DNA of 64,000 nucleotides from an uncultured archaeon (GTDB lineage Archaea; Asgardarchaeota; Heimdallarchaeia; Heimdallarchaeales; Kariarchaeaceae): NCBI GenBank assembly GCA_964600735.1, contig CAZRLL010000001.1, positions 28,801 to 92,800 of the forward strand, read 5' to 3'. Shown piece by piece: positions 63,695 to 64,000 of this stretch (position 1 is its first letter; each line of letters starts with the position of its first letter). The notes under the pieces were generated by a model. It saw only the letters and a program-made list of their open reading frames with translations, ran no database searches and was not told where the DNA came from. The position numbers and the translations under genes were made by a program.

Positions 63695-64000
63695 CAGACT
63701 CCTCCACCCTTTTTATCTCTTCTTATACTATCAATACCAGTCTGCTTTATCTTAGTTTTGTCCCAGTAGTTTGCTTGATATAAATCTGCTAGAACTCTAA
63801 TCATAGACTTTCTTTGTCTACCAGACTCAACTGCTCCCTTTAACTTATTATGAAGTAATTTTAACTTACGAAGTTCCTTTGAAACTTTCTGTACGGTAGG
63901 ATTCAATTCAACAAGAGATTTAACCACACTCTCTTTAAGATCCGTAACATGGTATTTTTTTTCTAAATCTTGTTTAGGTAGACTACGAATCTCAACTTCC

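Noticed and set aside
1-64000. Alternative genetic code (stop-codon reassignment)
   Set aside because: Nearly all long motif-bearing ORFs are intact under the standard code. Only one in-frame TAA (in the vWA gene) was seen.

Overview
The window looks like part of a tailed-phage genome, Caudoviricetes-like and probably from a large phage. Essentially every supported gene is on the minus strand. It contains three blocks. (1) 1-24.5 kb is a virion morphogenesis block: a repeat-rich fibre gene running off the left edge, a LamG-like protein, an O-antigen-ligase-family (Wzy_C) membrane protein, an HK97-like major capsid protein with a terminator, three paralogous decoration-like proteins, a protease/scaffold candidate, a 1842-aa MuF-like head protein fused to an HEXXH domain and a C-terminal ADP-ribosyltransferase domain, then portal and large terminase. 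(2) 24.8-25.3 kb is an iteron- and palindrome-rich noncoding region, followed by about 5 kb of small Cys-rich and zinc-finger proteins, including a ClpX zinc-binding-domain look-alike and an M15 peptidase. (3) 30-58 kb is a very large sugar-pathway island. It has pseudaminic/legionaminic-type nonulosonic-acid genes (PseB-, PseC-, PseH-, NeuB- and NeuA-like), two N-acetyl-sugar amidotransferase/HisF-like pairs plus HisH, three radical-SAM enzymes (two B12-binding, one fused to a GT2), GT2 and GT4 glycosyltransferases, an RfbB-like dehydratase, a PIG-L deacetylase, ThyX and a tRNA-like element. It is followed by a recombination module with SbcD and a Rad50/SbcC split into two genes, a RecA-like ATPase and a ParB-like protein. 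The most notable candidate system is the combination of the nonulosonic-acid/glycosylation island with a Wzy_C oligosaccharyltransferase-family gene embedded among virion genes. Next is the MuF-peptidase-ART toxin-like fusion. All calls rest on motifs read by eye from the translations; no database searches were run.
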